Made by a program: the position numbers and the translations under genes. From contig CM060732.1 in the NCBI GenBank assembly GCA_030704615.1, positions 29,512,001 to 29,576,000 on the forward strand: 64,000 nucleotides of DNA, given 5' to 3'. Of the stretch, positions 61,201 to 64,000 are shown in pieces. The notes below the pieces were generated by a model that was given only the letters and a program-made list of their open reading frames with translations, searched no databases and had not been told where the DNA came from. Source of the DNA: Takakia lepidozioides. Taxonomy: Eukaryota; Plantae; Bryophyta. Each line of letters begins with the position of its first letter. The stretch's first letter is position 1.

Positions 61201-64000
61201 TCCTGTTGTTAGTCGTGACAAATGATCTGCCACAAGATGCAAACGGCCAGGCTTGTAAATAACCTCGAACTCAAACTCATGCAAGATTATTAACCACCTC
61301 GCTATCCTTCCACTTATCAAAGGTTTGTTCACCAGATATATCAGAGCCTGGTGATCCACATAAACATAAACTTTCTTCCCAATAGGTAATGCCTGAATTT
61401 CTTCACTGCATAGATCATTGCCAATGCTTCTCTTTCGTTGTGCTATAGTTCCTCTCAGCACTGTTCATCAACCGGCTAGCATAGTACACAGGTGAATCTA
61501 TATTCCCTGTAACATTCTGGGCTAACACCGCTCCCAACGCTTCTCCTGATGCATCGCAGAACATGAAATACTACATGCCAGTGAGGGTTAATCAGCACAG
61601 GTGTAGTTGTTACTGACAGTGTAAGTTCCTCAAACGCCTGTTGACATTCAGCTGTCCAGGCAAACACTGCATCTTTCTTCAGAAGTTTGCTCAATGGTGC
61701 TGCTATTTGTGCATACCTTTTGACAAATCTTCTGTAATAACTGGTTTGCCCAAGGAATCTCCTAGACTTTTAACATTCACTGGTGGTGGAGAGGCTTTAA
61801 TGGACTCTGTCTTTCCTGGGATCCACAAGGAGTCCCTTCTTACACACAATGTGTCCCAGAAGCACCCCTGAGTTCACACAGAAAGTACACTTCTCTGGAT
61901 TCAGGCCCAGACCTCTCATCCTGCATCTGGCCAAACATAACTCCAATTTATGCAAGTGCTCATCTTAGAGCTGTACACACTGAAATCATCCAAGAATACC
62001 TGCATGAAATCATCCAGATACTCATGAAAAGATTCACTTATCACTCTCTGAAAGGTCGCTGGTGCATTACAAAGTCCAAAGGGCATGACTTTGTATGCAT
62101 AAGCCCCCCAGTCTGTGATGAAAGCTGTTTTCCCTTGGTCTTCTTCTGCCACTTGCACTTGATTATAACCACTGAAGCCATCCATGAATGAGTACATCTC
62201 ATGGCCTGCCACAGTGTCTAATACTGCTTCTGTGAATGGCAAAGGGAAAGGATCTTTCTTCGTACAAGCATTCAGCTTCTTATAGTTCACACATACTCTT
62301 AGTTTGCCATTCTTCTTGGGAACTATAACAATGGGTGACAACCAAGTTGTATACTCTATTGGGTATATAAACTTAGCCTCAGCCAACTTCTTTATCTCTC
62401 TTCTCCAACCTTCTGTGCGTAGTTGGGATTCATTCTATACCTCGCCTGCTTGATTGGTACTGACCCTGGTTCCAGTTCAATCTTATGCTGACAGACTTCA
62501 GGTGGTATCCCTTTTAGATCCTCATAGCTCCAAGCAAATACATCTCTGTATTTGATGAACAAGCTTTTAGCTTCTTCGAAGAATTCCGGCTCCAAATCAG
62601 CTCCTACTTTCACCATCCTCGGTTCCTAGTTCCCACATTTACTTCTCTCACCTGCTCATCAGCTGTGATTGTCCAACCAGTCACCACTTCATCCTGTAAG
62701 CTCACAGTGGCTGGTTTCTTCTAGGATTTCTATTTCTCCTTCTCTTCTTCATAGAAATGTGATGGGTAAATGCTGGTTTCCTCTCTTCAGTTGGTGTTGC
62801 TGTCACTACACCACAGCAGATACCTCTCAAACAACTTAGGCTTTCCAGCCGCATCTCTGCAACCTGCTCCCACTCTGGGTGTGCAGCAAATAGGGTAGCT
62901 TCCTGCTCCTCATCCAGTCCTCCTCTCCAGTCATACTCTCTGACTCCTCGAGGTCTTCTTGTAGCAGGTAATCTACTAGATTTCTTTGTGGTAATTTGTA
63001 TCTCGTGTATCCCATTATGCACGTAACTGAGAATTCCAGTCATGGAATACCCTGGCCTGTTTCAGCCACGGACGTCCCAATAATAAGGAGTAAGCCTCCA
63101 TGACTTCATCCATTTTTAATACAGTTACTGTGATCATAAAGATCATTTTCTGTATCTGTATCTTAACTCCTCTTATTAATCCCAATGGCTGTACACTTCT
63201 TTGATCTGCCATTGTTACTGTAAATGGGGCTGGTTTCATGTTACTTAGACCAAGCTTCTTCCTTAATTGGTCTGTCATGATATTTACTCCAGAACCACCA
63301 TCTATCAGTACATCAGTTAGTTCTGTGCTTCCAATTCTCAATTGGATTACTGGCATAGAATCATCAAAGTCCATGACTGGTTCTCGCCTTCCGGCTTCAC
63401 ATTATAACTGGTCACCTTGCTGTTCAGGTCTGTGTTTCCTGTCTCTTGGGCAATTCGATTGATTGCTTGATACAGCCTGTGCCTACAATAAGGTGCCACA
63501 GCTAATAGCTGTCCAATGGTAATTTCTGCTTTGGTCTGACATATTACTTCAGCCAAAGTCTCTTCATTACTTTGCATGTCTGCATCTTTTTTTTTTTCCT
63601 TTCTTCCTCACTCCCTTCTTTTTCTCCATCCGAATCAGAGGAATCTGCCACAGGAATATCAGTACTCTTTTGCATTTCCCTTATAGTATCTGCCACTTCC
63701 TTGTGCAGTTCCTTCTCATCTTTCCAAGTCTCTTCATCTTCAGGCATATCATTGCCACTTCCAGTCTCATCTTCTTCCTCTTCTACTGAGGTATTAGTTT
63801 GGCTTTACTTCTTGTTACTATCATTGTACTTACTTCTGGTACAACACATGGCCTAACCATGTGAGCTGCCACCACTGGGCCCTCATTCACAGGAGCTCTC
63901 ATCTCATTCTGGTGTCTTATCCAGAATGAACAGGCTGCCTTGCGATGTCCTGGCTGATTACAATAGTAACATAGCTCTTCACCATTGGGTCCTCGCCCTT
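54370..64000 (-). mobile_element. Ty3/Gypsy element F, a family C copy; 5' part lies beyond the window
   Basis: 3' LTR 54370-55286, PPT ~55290-55303, 3' ORF ~55318-58990, integrase ~59830-61110, RH/RT ~61180-62616, protease 63015-63374, gag C-terminus at the edge. Confidence 0.93.

Overview
Eukaryotic, almost certainly land-plant, heterochromatin-like window made entirely of nested transposons; I find no intact host gene. From left to right: (1) an unclassified DNA-transposon-like unit with two divergent ORFs, one carrying a SWIM zinc finger, flanking a 53-bp palindromic array (1-~5090); (2) Ty3/Gypsy element A, which has protease and integrase but no RT/RNase H (~5090-12011); (3) an old chromovirus-like Ty3/Gypsy element B, cut by four insertions, with three pieces visible; (4) three closely related copies (C 14028-26938 +, D 33668-46208 -, F 54370->64000 -) of an Athila/Tat-related Gypsy family with extra ORFs both 5' of gag and 3' of integrase; (5) a non-autonomous CACTA element (27749-33171) carrying captured OSB-type PDF-motif and PLS/E-class PPR gene fragments; (6) Gypsy element E (46209-54369, -). 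E is the highlight: its polyprotein reads gag - protease - C5 DNA cytosine methyltransferase - RT - RNase H - integrase - PHD finger, so it encodes both an epigenetic writer and a putative histone reader. Many single-base frameshifts differ between near-identical copies and are probably long-read assembly errors. All calls come from manual motif reading; no database search was run.
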